This document shows positions 1 through 12,720 of a stretch of DNA of 64,000 nucleotides, in pieces. The notes under the pieces were generated by a model. That model saw nothing but the letters and a program-made list of their open reading frames with translations. It did no database searches and was not told the DNA's origin. Origin of the DNA: Lepidodermella squamata (Eukaryota; Animalia; Gastrotricha). The position numbers and the translations under genes are program-made. Numbering within the stretch: position 1 is the stretch's first letter; every line of letters begins with the position of its first letter. The stretch spans positions 1,922,001-1,986,000 of the forward strand of contig JBLDXI010000002.1 of assembly GCA_047495785.1 (NCBI GenBank), in the 5' to 3' direction.

Positions 1-49
1 TTATCTTTTTTTCTCGATTTTAGCATCACTAATTTTTCTATGAAAATGT

Positions 50-805
50 GAAACCTCGAGTTACCCGGCCTATTGTCCGGCCTCTCTAGTCTTTTTTATT
101 GAAATACTTCTGTGAATCCGAGTCTGATGTTCCGATGAGTAAATATTATTTCCCTTTATAAAAGTTTGCTGTAATAATTGCATGAAGCCCATGTCTGTCC
201 TTGGAGGAATTGCGCTCAACTCAGAATCAATGATAATGGATCGATTTTTATCGAAAATGAGAGTGTAATAAAACCATAGGCTCCAGGTATGTTATTATTT
301 GACCAAGAACGTCACAACCCTGCCTTTATTAAATGTGAAACAGAAGTTATAGCGGAAATCTCGCCACCATGTTTTCAAGTTTGATCTGCTCACGTGAAAA
401 TTGCTATTTAACCACCGCAAAAATTATAATACAAAAAGTTCAAAAAAATGTCGATAAATTATTTAATAACGAATATTTACAAAATTATTAAATTATCGCC
501 GAAAATATCCAGAATAAAAAGGAATCGCTCAACTTATTGGACCCTGAAATGGCATTTGATGCAGTGGAAGAAATTAAACTAAAAAAATTCAATGAAGTTT
601 ATAAAATAAATAAAAATTTGGTAATATAAACGTGGAAATATTTGTTTATAGACTGATGTTTCGAAAAACTATTCTCGAATGGTGTTCAGCATAGCATTCA
701 AGCGAAAGCCCGACTACTACGTCGGCACTGTCATTTTGCCCGCCTTTGTGCTTTACGTCCTGCAACTGGTCGGACTCGCCGTCCCGCCGCACATGCCCGA
801 TCAGG
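50..805 (+). pseudogene. Internally deleted copy of the Cys-loop channel gene at 35961-37540
   Basis: 50-470 matches the upstream region and start at ~35580-35982. The match then jumps to ~36907 (about 0.9 kb lost, i.e. the ligand-binding exon). 651-803 matches exon 2 (MVFSIAFKRKPDYYVGTVILPAF...MPD) and similarity stops after M1. Confidence 0.9.
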
Positions 806-1252
806 TGTATATTTTTTCGTCAGCTAATTCCATGTTGTGTCAGCTAATTCCAGTTTTCGTCAGAAATACCATTTTCTGTCAGAAATGACACTTTTTACAG
901 CTAATTTAATATTTAATTTTAATTTTAATTTATAAGTGCTCTGTAACTCTATTTCCTGCCCATTTTCACGAAAATAACGTAGGAAAATGTTGACATCTTT
1001 TTTCAAAATTATTGGCTCTAATATGCTTTCGGATTTTTAATCGCACGACGTCTTAGTAGCACATTTTGGTAGTAAACACCTATAAACGATTGCTACTGTA
1101 GTTTTTCCGTGGCACTACGGTAAAACTACGGAAAAACTACGATAACACTACTGTAACCAGAACGGTAAAGAAATATCAACAAAATATGGATGGGATACCT
1201 TGAAAATCAAGTCACATGCTGTTTACAATTGAAGACGTGACTGTCTCGCCTG

Positions 1253-1787
1253 GGATTGAATGCTCAGTCCAAATCGATTCGACGCGACTGATCGCTTCAC
1301 TCAAGCCGCCGGCTACGAGAAAACTGGCTCCAGCTAGGTTATTTCGATGTTCGCAGTCGAAAACTATGAATCGACTTGGACTCTGAGCGATGATTGCCAA
1401 TGTTTCTAAATCCTTTGTCAGCAACAAAGCGGATGGTCGAAAAACAGCTTCGTTGAATTCTAAATCGTCTAACAAGGCTCATCCGGAGGCTTTTGTCGAT
1501 AGGGAGGGCGTTTTTGTAACGTTCCACTTCGTTGAGAATCTTATCAGGCGAGGCATCGCTCAGGTTCCAGAGTTTTCAGAGCGTGTTTTTAAAATTTCTT
1601 GCAGCAATGATAGCATGGGTTCAACGGTGAACAGGACGCCGATTGAGGTCTTGATTTTGGTTAGGAGGCGGAAACTAGTTTCGCAGGCCAGTAACATACT
1701 TGCCCACCTTGCACTGCCAATGTTCATCAGGCACTCGGTACATTCGACAATATTAGGCGATTCAACCGGCACAAATGAGGAGGCCAT
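1253..1787 (-). pseudogene. Frameshifted, 3'-truncated copy of the VTD-like/RING gene (closest to 40829-41962)
   Basis: ORF pieces MASSFVPVESPNIVECTEC..., MERYKNALPIDK... and ...FIVFDCEHRNN lie in three frames and match the 40829-42001 protein; there is no RING part. Confidence 0.9.
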
Positions 1788-2243
1788 AACATGAATTTAG
1801 GCTATGAAAGCGCTCTCATCTTTCACAGTTGATGGATAGGAGAATCCTTGAGGTCAAAACCTACTGTTCAACCTGGAAAAAGTATTAAACCTATAAGGAA
1901 AACTGCATCAGGAATGAGGGGAACTAAATCCTTTTCTTTCTCAGAACCCTCTTTGCCAAACCCCACATTTCACTTGTCACTTGTCTTGGCTAGGTATATG
2001 TAAAAATAATGTGCTCTTCCAGGTTGATTCATCTTCAGTATTTCAATATGATTCATGATTGAAATAACATTCTATTTAAGTCAATTAATCGCATTAATCA
2101 ACTCGGCATTGTCTACAGTGCTATACCAAAAAGCGAGGTGTCCTAACTTTGGATTCTAATCAAATTCGCGTGCGACTTGATCACTGAAACGAATTTGCGC
2201 GTGCTCGAGTTATTGTTCTGAAATGAAAATCCCTAAAAAAAAC

Positions 2244-5200
2244 GCTCAATTCCGGACCCCGCTTAGTTTCGTGCAGGGCGTTGGGGCTCTCAGATAAAAA
2301 TTTGAATTTTTGCGCAAATTCTTCACTCTTGTATTAAAATTTACAATAAAATATTTTAAAATATATTTATTTTTAATATTCTAAAAAATTAAAATATGTA
2401 TCCAAGAGCTACGTATTGATTGAGAAAAAGAACGAGTTTTCATAAGTCGGTGGCCTAAGTCCTGAAGTCGGCATTCGTTCTCTAGCTTAAATCTGTGAAA
2501 CCGTCCTTCACTATGCCTGAAGTTGAAGTAAGTGATGGAAAATAAATATAAGTACAGCTGCTGTTCCGGGAAAAACATCAAGTCTTTAAGACTAACATTT
2601 GTAAAAAGAGACAGAAAAGATCAAACTCGCCATATCTTTATTAGAGCATCGTATCGGATCATCAGAATAAGACATCAGAAAATGGAAAATAATAATTCTG
2701 TTCATATCACTGAATTTTACGCCGCTTAGCTTTGGCGATGAGATTTGACGCTAACCGCCTCTTTTGACTTTGGCTAGGCATGTGCGTAGTCTGAGGGCCG
2801 TGAAACGGCAATGAAGATCGAGTTAACCGCATTTCGCCCCCTCCTCCCAACTTGTTGAGGTCTGGAGGAGCCGGATGTGAACTTGCGGCGACTAGTTGCC
2901 GTTGGTTGAACTCTTATTCTAGCGCCCAATCGATTTTCATGATGTTTCGACGCACACTTTGCAAGGAAAGATTCCAAAGAAGCAGGACCTGCCATAGCTG
3001 CCTTAGCCAATCGAGTTGCAAATCGTTCAGCTTGTACATTCAACGATTTACTCTTACTAGATTTCAGTAATTCGACCGCTTTATTACAAGCAGCGGTAAA
3101 ACTGCCGACAGTTTCATCAGTTTCCACAATTTCGGGTTCGCATATCTCATCAACGGGACTGCTCAAAGCATTAATAGTTGGTACATCAAACTCCAACGGT
3201 ACCTCTCCATAGCTAGGCTTAAAAACCATTCCATCATTTGGCATGTTATCACTGAAGAAAGTAAGATCAGGTGCACTGCCACATGCGATGATTGAAAGTA
3301 GCTGCAGAACCTCAGGATCAGAATAAACAAGTTGATTCAGCGGAAGTGGAACTGAATGCTCCTCAGCAAGAGACATCTGATGCTTACAAACGCGACCGAC
3401 AGCGCCATATTTGCATGAACAAAGCCAATTCTGTAGATCAACAATGTAGACATCACCATTGCCGGTATTAATTTCGAATCGAAGATCGCCAAGTTGATGA
3501 CAGTATTCGATATCTGCATGACTTCTTCTGAGCCATTCAGTCTTCAGCTCACGGCGTCCAGTGGAAAAGTCAAGCAGTTTATCACGGAAAAATTCAGAGA
3601 ACGGCCCGACCATGTACTCCGCCAAGTCTACGGGATCGTAGGCTCGAACTCTGGACAAGATTACATCCTTAATTAAACCCACACATCGTTCGACGAAATT
3701 ATTGGTCAAATGTCCCATGCAATCAATGCTTCGGAAGGCGGCTACCCACTTTCGGTAGTCTTTCAAGTGCGAACAGAGGTATTCCCGTAACTTGTCGTTT
3801 TCCTGAACAAGGCTGTCAGAAAGAAGTTGAGCCTTGCGAAATTCGAATTCTTCCTTCGTTTGCGAGTATCCAACGCTATGGAAAACTGAAAGAACAAACA
3901 TTAGGTACCAAATAATTAATGGAATAATGAACTCACGTTCGAATATTCTGACCCAGCAATCCTGGGGTATATTATTCTTCCGGTTAATAAGCCATCGCCA
4001 AACGGCTTGTAGTACATGAAAGATGCAGTAGAATAATTTGCTGTTTGGAAAGGCCGCTCTAAGACCCTGTTGTTCCGCTTCGCTCATGTCGGTTAGAAAG
4101 CAAGCCACGTCGTCACCAAGAATAGCTCTCGCTAATTTGAAGACTTGTTTATAGCAATCTGAGTCTTGATTACTGTGTATGGCGACAACACAAGGGAGCG
4201 CTCCAGCGGAAGATGCCGAAACCAGCAGTGTAAGGGTACAATTTGTCAGATCAACACTCGCGGTCGAGTCAGCAAAGAGAAGTTTTTTAGCCTGAGCTAC
4301 AGAGAGAAGACGCGCTCCATCAGAGGCGTTTGGATTACCAATGCCCATTGCTTTCGGCCATCGTTTTCCCATATCTATATAAAACAACAATATAGAACCA
4401 GAAAGACATGAACGAAGTAGTTCGCTAACCTTCAACTTGCAGATCTTTTCATTTTGTTTGGCGAGTTTTCGAGCCTTTCGAGCATTGCATCTTCTGTTCT
4501 CTCGCCGTACAGACTTATAGTTTCCAAATCCTTCAAGTAGTACCAGTCCCGTTTTGTCGGGCAAAGAGACCGGTCCGCAGCTAGCACGGTCGGGTGAACA
4601 TCAGGATATTCAGCTTCAAGCTCGTTCCTGAAGCGCATCGAAGCCTGAGTAACACTTGTAGAAGTCTTCAACATTCTACGCATTCTTTCCTTAGCTTTTT
4701 CTGAGAGGTGCTTCCATCTCAAAGCAGTTCGACCAAAAACGCAGTGATTGTGGTTCCAATCAATCTAAATAAAGTATATCTAATGATTTTCATATCGGAT
4801 CAGAGCTACTCACTTCAAAGATAAGCGGTAACTGCTCATAGAAGCAGTCACGATATAAACGCATATCTCGAGCTCTGCGGTCCAAGCCAGATGTATCTGG
4901 AAGTTCTGTCAGAGTCAGTTTGGTTTTGCAGTTTGTAATTCTCCGCAAATGAAGTTCGACTTCATCGTCATCTTCCTTCTTTTAAGCAGGGGCATTGTTT
5001 TCCGACGCTGCTTTCTTTGAAACATGCTTCCCGGTGTTGTGAGCAGCACGGCTGCACACTCGTTTTACCTTCGCCTCCACCTAGTTTTAACAATTGACAT
5101 ATTTCGTTCGATAGAAGCAATCGTTCACCAACCTTAACACATTTCGGAGGCAGGTTTTGGCTAGTTGCCTCCTTAAACTCGCAATGTAACGATCGTTCGA

Positions 5201-5861
5201 CGTAATTTATGAAGTTGAACAAATCATAACGCCGGAAACGGACCTTGAGCTTCCAAGAAGCACCTTCCTTCTCGAATAGTTCCATGTGACAACCATCAAC
5301 GAGAGAGGGCGGAAACAAGTCTGAGAGCTCTTCCGGCAATGGAACTTTAGGAATGGCTGGTTTGTCTTTAAGCGAAGAGGGTTTAGATTTTGCTTTGTCA
5401 CCCCCAGCACAGCTGGCGTCTTCTTCCCAGATTCTATCTCTTTCTCATGCTTATTCTTAGTTGCCAATTTCTTCTCCGGCTTGAAGTCATCATCAGATTC
5501 AGCGTCGACCAAACTCATCACCAAAATACTAGGATATCTAAAGCAACATGAGCTCTTCAGCCATTTCCTCAATTAAAATTTTTATTACATTCCGCACTTG
5601 ATCGTCAACTCAGATCATCAAGCAGGTTACCAACTAGGTTTCTGCAACGGCTCGTGCCTTCTCTTTCTCCAAGCTTCCAATGGCGGCGCCAAATTCAAAA
5701 TAAAATAATGAAATTGCAAGAATAACTCAAAAATATAAATAATATTTTAAAAATTCAATGTTTTTATTTTCTGGTCAAGTATACATTGCGCGAAATTCAA
5801 ATTTTTCTCCGAGAGAGCCCCCAACGCCCTGCACGAAACTAAGCGGGGTCCGGAATTGAGC
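2244..5861. mobile_element. Mutator (MULE) DNA transposon, probably autonomous
   Basis: TIRs start GCTCAATTCCGGACCCCGCTTAGTTTCGTGCAGGGCGTTGGGG at both ends. 9-bp TSD AAAAAAAAC at 2235-2243 and 5862-5870. Empty site in the paralogous block at ~43128-43137. Confidence 0.95.
2774..5572 (-). CDS. MULE transposase with SWIM zinc finger (multi-exon; 5' exons approximate)
   Basis: MULE DDE motifs FADST / FLTDMSEAE / CIFH / TNNFVE; SWIM CSC-x8-CKH. Candidate short GT-AG introns near 3886-3936 and 4374-4429 join the ORF pieces. Confidence 0.85.
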
Positions 5862-6041
5862 AAAAAAAACTACCATACATCGACAATGCGAATGTTTGAT
5901 TTTCTGGTAGTTGCTACTTTGGCAATTATAGGAGTTTGCGCTGATGTTTATTCAAGAATATGTTTATTGATTATTGATACGTAATTTTCAAGAGACCTCC
6001 AAATATTAGGCGAAACAATAGAATGAATCACATATTTTGCC

Positions 6042-6455
6042 TCTTTGCCTCTTCTACGAGCGCTTCGGTCTTCACTTGTCTAATGAAATGACTGTCTAGC
6101 AGATCAGCAGCCGCAGCTCGTTCAGAAGGGTCTTTAACGAGCATCGAGAGAACAAAGCAATGGTATTCTTCTGAATAGGATCAGTCTAGGTCGAATGGTT
6201 TAGGCTCACTCCTACGAAAGGAAGACCATCATTTATGACAAGATTTAAGAACTGAAATTTTCAAACTGAAAACAGTCAAATTTCTTTCAAGAGCGCAATC
6301 GCAATAGTTCTGACTTACTGGCAAGTAGAAATTCGCTAGTTAGAAGAAAGTAACCCCGAGTGACCACCAGTCGCTAGCCTCTGAATTTGGCTTTTTTGAA
6401 ACGTTTCAGGTGCCCTGTACAATGATGTGCCAACGCCAATCAGTGAGATACTCGC
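6042..6455 (-). pseudogene. Diverged fragment of the tandem-kinase gene (kinase-1 C-lobe exons)
   Basis: Aligns with ~16173-16675 (SLIGVGTSLYRAPETF, MLVKDPSERAAAADLL) with a stop/indels and an internal deletion. Confidence 0.85.
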
Positions 6456-7005
6456 GATAACAATGGCGATAACAAGTTGAATATATCGAAATAGCCAGCA
6501 CTCAGCAATAGTAGAGTTTTGCCGTAATTTTGCCGATTTTCCATTTTCGATTCCCAATCAATATTATTATTATTATTATTATCTTTATTTCGAAAAATAT
6601 TCTATCGTATAAAAAAAAATCGGTACAAAACATTCGTGGTTTCAAAAGGGCACGCAGTGCAACAGAAAGAAGAAGGTGTTAGATCAGAAAATGCTCAATA
6701 GGAATGAAATTAATACGAATATATGTACAAAGGATAATTTGTTTGAACACAATTTGAACACAAAGAGATAGACGCAAATATTAGAAGCCACACACTGTAA
6801 AAAATGACTTCTGTGAAATTACTCCCCAAAGAAATAAAAAAAATTCGAAAAAATTTCGAATATTTAGCAATAAATTATTGGAGAATTCACGAATAATAAG
6901 CGATGGAAAATCACCCGATTTGTTTACTTTTCCAACCACTCGATGCTGATTCATCACAACATCTGGCGCCCATGGCGTTTACAGGCATAGTCAGGAGTAG
7001 GACCT

Positions 7006-7579
7006 CTATCTTAAAACTAGCTCCATGGGATTCACCCATGAGAAATAACGCCATTTTTCAGTCGGAGGATCAAACGCGTTCTCCAGTTTCAATGCTATTT
7101 GAGGTGCAAAGTCCAAAGCATTGATATCTGCTTGAAACTGCGAAGTTAGGAGTCTCACAATATCGACGTGGCTCCAGTAAGCGGCAAGGTGAAAAGGCTT
7201 AGTTCCATCTTCATTATCTACATTAACGTTGCAGTTGAATTCCTCTGGACGATTTCCATGTGTCCCCAATTGAGCAGCAATGTGCAACGGTGACGAGCCT
7301 TTCTTGGCGGAGGCATTAACGTCGCAGTTGAATTCTCCTGCAAGCGTTTTGACTACTTCCGTGTGTCCATTTTGAGCAGCGAAGTGCAGCGGTGTCCAGC
7401 TATCCACATCTGCACATCAGTGGCATTATTGTCGCAGGTGAACTTTCCCGTTACGATTTCTGCGTGTCCATTTAAAGCTGCCATGTGCAAAGGTGTATGA
7501 CCATTTTTATTGGAGGCATTAACATCGCACTTGAACTCTCCTGCAAGCATTTTGACGACTTCCGCGTGTCCGTTTAGAG
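7006..7579 (-). pseudogene. Orphaned, frameshifted 3' end of the ankyrin exon of kinase-ANK gene A
   Basis: WTPLHFAAQNGH... and DINALDFAPQIALKLENAFDPPTEKWR match the C-terminal part of the intact 29029-31824 ORF. Confidence 0.85.
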
Positions 7580-8135
7580 CAGTATGGTCCAAGTTCGAAA
7601 AATTTGGAGTTAGGCGTCGGAGTCAGAAATTGCCGAAGGAGTCAACGCCATGTAATTTACATTATTTCGGTACAAAAAGAGTCAGAAATTGTCGAAGGAG
7701 TCAGTGTCGAAGATGGACCTTTCGCTGAGAGGCGGATAGTAATTTTAGCAACCGCGTGGTACGCTCGCTCGCTTGATTATGTACTCTTATTATCCGATTA
7801 GCAGACCACATTTCATTGAATATAACTAATACAGCGAGCGAAGCGATCTTAGCTGGCGGTATTTTTACGTTACTAGGACTGAAAATGAAACAGGCGTTAC
7901 TCAGATCTCGAAATTAACGTTTGAAATAAACGTCAATTGCAAATTACGAATTCTTTGTGTATTTTCGCAGTCGATGGAGTCACACTTGCCTCGACTTCGA
8001 GTCAGATTTACGGAATGAGTCAAAATCTCATTTTGAAGTCACAAACTGCTCTAACCGCCCCGGAGTAACACCGGAGTCAAACAAAAAATTGGAAAGAGTC
8101 AAAAAGACTCCGGAGTCAACGTTTGGACGACGCTG
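7580..8135. mobile_element. hAT-type MITE (556 bp), copy 1, inside the ankyrin exon
   Basis: Imperfect TIRs CAGTATGGTCCAA / TTGGACGACGCTG; 8-bp TSD GTTTAGAG (7572-7579, 8136-8143); subterminal GGAGTCA repeats. Confidence 0.8.
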
Positions 8136-8624
8136 GTTTAGAGCAGCAATGTGCAAAGGCGTGATGCTATTGCAATGTGCAACGGCGTGAATGATGCTCC
8201 ATTGCGGGATTGAAATGGCAGTGGAATTCACCTGCAAGCATTTTTACGATTTCTGCATGTCCGCTTCGAGCAGCGACGTGTAACGGCGTAAAGCCATTAT
8301 TACTGGTGGCATTAACATCGCACTTGAACTCTCCTGCAAGCATTTTGACGACTTCCGCGTGTCCGTTTAGAGCAGTATGGTCCAAGTTCGAAAAATTTGG
8401 AGTTAGGCGTCGGAGTCAGAAATTGCCGAAGGAGTCAACGCCATGTAATTTACATTATTTCGGTACAAAAAGAGTCAGAAATTGTCGAAGGAGTCAGTGT
8501 CGAAGATGGACCTTTCGCTGAGAGGCGGATAGTAATTTTAGCAACCGCGTGGTACGCTCGCTCGCTTGATTATGTACTCTTATTATCCGATTAGCAGACC
8601 ACATTTCATTGAATATAACTAATA

Positions 8625-11600
8625 CAGGGTGTTCTTTTTAAAACCGAACATCCGCCGCGCGCGTTGGAAAATCGCGTGCTACCGCAAATTTTTATGCACA
8701 AAATTAAATATCCTTTTAAAAATATTTTTATTTTATTATATTAATAATTTTTTTTAAATAAAAATTTTGTTGCTACGGAAAAGCGCGCTGCGCGATGCCG
8801 CGCGTTTTCGCGTTGTAGCCGCTCCGCGCACCGCAAGTTCCCCGGCGCGCAACTTCATCCCCGTAATTCCGCATTTTATCACCGGTGACGACACCTTTGT
8901 TAGTGTTTTTCTGATAGCATTTCAAGCATTTAATAAGGCAGCCGGCGTCATTTTTTCTAAATATGGCTCAATTAGACGTATGCGCTAAGCCTAAACAAGC
9001 CATTTTTATGCCGTTTTTCGCAGATCTTAAGCGTTTAACCCCGGAAACTTTCACCTAAGTGCGGTTATACCTTGCGGAAACAGTGTTTCTAAGTACAGTA
9101 ATGTATTCTCTACAAGATTACCACAGCCGTTTTTGTAGGATGATGGTTATTTTTAGCACGTCTGCCCTAACAGCCAGCCGGTCTTTGAGAGCATAGATCT
9201 CATTATCACCATCTTCAAGGAGGTCTATGCCTTCAAATCACCCGTCAAAAACACTGTCTCTCATTGTTTTCTTGTAAAGCAGAGTAAATACTACTTAGTT
9301 ACCGTTACTTTTTGGAGGGTCACCGCGGTTTTTCACTTGCTGCTGCTATGGATGCATTCTGTCGATAAATGGAGTTTTTCGGGATATTCGGAACATTTAC
9401 AATGTTAGCAAACAATTCAGCGGTCAAATGGGGGCTCAAATGAGTGAATTCACTAGGAGACGTAAATACTTTGACAATGAAACAAGAAAAAGTCGGTGTT
9501 GCCATACTAACTCGTGAGCAGGAGGGACTTCCTTCTGCCATACCTGCTGTGTTAGATCTCATCCTCTGGCCAGATGAACGATCTTCAAGATGGTCCATGT
9601 CATGAATTTTGCTTAATTAGCATTGTTACTCATTGTTTTCTGGTAGAATAGAGTGTAAATTTCTTAGTTACCATGTCTTTTTGGGGGGTCACCGTGGTTT
9701 TTCTCGTTTTACGGCTTAGGATGCATTTAGACGTTAAAATGGAGTTATTCGGGTTTATCGGAACATTTATTGATGCTGGGAAATAATCAACGGTCAGATA
9801 TGGGTAAAATTGGGTGATTTTGCTTGGAGACTATATCAATATGACGACAAAGCAGAAAAAAGCTAGTGTTGCCGCCGTAATTCGAGCGCAGGGTCGACTT
9901 TCGTCTGCCCTACACACTCTGGTTAGACGTCATCATTGAGTCAGATCAGCAACCTTAAGGATAGCCCATTTCATGAAATAATCTGGTAAGAACAATCTTT
10001 CTCATGGTTTTCTTGTAGAATAAACTGTATATTTCTTAGTTACCAATACTTTTAGGTTGGACAACGCGGTTTTCCGCTTTAAGTGGCTTGGTATGCATTT
10101 TTCGGGTTTTTTCGGGTTTTTCGGGATATTTTTGGTCGTAGCAAATAATTTAGCGGTTAAATTTTGGCCAACATAAGTGAACTTGCTAAGAGAAGATGTC
10201 AGTTTGACAATAAAGCAGAAAAATGCTGGTGTTGCCGCCCTAACTCGAGCGCTGGGTCGGCTTTCTGATACCATACCATCCTTGTTAGAGGACGTTTCAA
10301 CGCGTTGTAGCCGCAATCCTTCGTGATTTATGGGGCCATATGACGTCGATGCATGAATTTTAGGCATTGTGTGAATATATTGCTTTAATCGTGTTAAAAT
10401 TCTGCAAAAGACTTTACCCGTTGACACATTTCAGCCGCTGCTACTGGTTTTCAGCGGTCGCATTACGGCTAAGGTTTGAAATTGTTTGTTTTCGCTTATT
10501 CTTCTATTTCTCCGGGAAATTCAGCGGGTGGGGCGCGTTATATTATTGTGATTTATTGCGCTTGAAGTTACATCAATCAAATAGTTTACCACTAAAATAT
10601 TACAAGAAACGTAAAATCTATGCGAGAATGCTGGACTGTTCTTACAGGACGCGTAGAATCAGAGATCAAAGGGATGCATATAAAAGACAAAGACTGGCGT
10701 GGTGTTAAACTTGCTTTGTTACCGCAGTCTCACAAACAGTTACCCCCGCCCGCAACTGCGGTTACCGCAGGGAAATTGATGACAGGACACGGGCATCACC
10801 ACGGAATATTCCCGCCGCTGCCCTGCGCCGCCGCAAACGAGTGATCACTGTCTGAATAAGGTCTCGGTTATCAGTCCTAAGCGTTGTCTCAGTCATCGGC
10901 TGTTTTCAAATCTCCGGCGGATCCAGTGATACCAATGAATTTTTCGCCGAAAATGATGCTAAATTCTCACTCTTAACGACTCACGCCGCGCGCCGGATGC
11001 TGCCAATGATGTTAAAGTTTACATGACGTTTTGTTAAACACTCAACTTGATCTGAATGGTGCAAATAAACGGCTGTTCATAGCCTAGCGATGTTGATTTT
11101 CCATGCTATGGATGTTAAGGATGCATTTATAGATGCTAAGCGCTCTCTTTACTTGAAAGCAATCTTGCTATAAGGAATTCCTTACTAAGGATGTCCTTAC
11201 TAAGCAAGACATCCTTAGCAAGATGGCTTCCAAGTAAGGACGCGGTGTCACTGGTATGCTTGGTAGGAATGGCTTACTCAACAATCCTTACTCAGACTTC
11301 GCCGCTTCAGACTGAGCGATCTAAGGATCTGATCTCAGATGGACCTGTGCACCTTAAAAGACGCGGCGTAGAGTGAAGAGTGAGTGTCCATAGTTATGAC
11401 TATTAAGATGACAGTCCTTACTAAGCACCAAGCTACGCTGACTTGTAAACCACTATCTTTAGTAAGGAACATGACTGATGTTACGAACAGCAGTAAACGA
11501 AATAAACTGAGCGGCTAAACCATCGTAATCTAAAATACCTTGTATTTTTTCTTTTTGATATTATGAACATGTTCTACGAGACAGCTTTGATGATAACAGT

Positions 11601-12383
11601 GGTAACGCCTTTGAGATCAGCTTTGATTAGTCTATAGAAGTTAGCTACGGCATCACTGCGGACGACGAAGTATCACACAAGGATGAGAGAACATCAAGGA
11701 TAAAGAAGGAAGGCAACGTGTCTTCCGCATCAGCAACATCTATGCCAGTAAATTCGACATGTTTCCCCCCAGCTTTCCGTTTATTTACATGATACCACTG
11801 CCCTTTTCATCGTGTAACAGCTAGTTGCATTGCATTTCGCCCAGAAAAGCGTGCGTTTCTCTGATCCGCGGACTGAAACTTGAGCGACAAGTTATCAAGG
11901 CCGCTTGTTATATCATTAGACTCCTCAAGACAGCAGAAAACCACGTTGCACCGCCGTCTTCTTGATTCCAGTGGTGGATTTCAACGGCAAGGAACCGCAA
12001 TTTAAGGCTCTTTTTACCGATTTTGGGTATACCACATTGCGAAAACTGAGACCGAATAAGAAAAACGGCGCGGCTAAAACATTAAGCTCGCTTAACTGAC
12101 TTGAATGATGCGCGGCAAGGAGCCGCGCGCTTGCCGGTTTAACTTAGGAACCAGGCGCGAAAACCCTGATTTCAGGCGTTTTAACCGCTAAAATTTAAAA
12201 ACCGACGCGTCGACGTGGCAACGCGCGCTAAAATTCAAGGGCATCGCGCAATTGAAAATAAAATTAAAAATAATTATTTAAAGTGATAAAAAATTATTTT
12301 AGTAAAATTATTTTTGTAAAATAGCCGGCAAATTTATTTTTCGCGACTACGGCAGGATGTTCGGTTTTAAAAAGAACACCCTG
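8625..12383. mobile_element. Non-autonomous Tc1/mariner-type element (3.76 kb)
   Basis: 29-bp perfect TIR CAGGGTGTTCTTTTTAAAACCGAACATCC; TA TSD; empty site visible at 7830-7831; no transposase ORF. Confidence 0.9.
9259..10330. repeat. Three diverged ~370-bp tandem units inside the Tc1-type element
   Basis: Units start at ~9259, ~9628 and ~10000 (CTCAT.GTTTTC..GTA...CTTAGTTACC...GG.ATGCATT...GTGTTGCC). Confidence 0.8.
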
Positions 12384-12720
12384 TACAGCGAGCGAAGCGA
12401 TCTTAGCTGGCGGTATTTTTACGTTACTAGGACTGAAAATGAAACAGGCGTTACTCAGATCTCGAAATTAACGTTTGAAATAAACGTCAATTGCAAATTA
12501 CGAATTCTTTGTGTATTTTCGCAGTCGATGGAGTCACACTTGCCTCGACTTCGAGTCAGATTTACGGAATGAGTCAAAATCTCATTTTGAAGTCACAAAC
12601 TGCTCTAACCGCCCCGGAGTAACACCGGAGTCAAACAAAAAATTGGAAAGAGTCAAAAAGACTCCGGAGTCAACGTTTGGACGACGCTGGTTTAGAGCAG
12701 CAATGTGCAAAGGCGTGATG

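Larger units (their letters stand above)
8373..12689. mobile_element. hAT-type MITE copy 2, split by a Tc1-type element
   Basis: Same sequence as 7580-8135 (offset 793 bp at the left end) with the same TSD (8365-8372, 12690-12697); interrupted at 8625-12383. Confidence 0.8.

Noticed and set aside
1094-1166. CTAC(G/T)G short repeats/hairpin
   Set aside because: Too short and without termini; probably a TE remnant.
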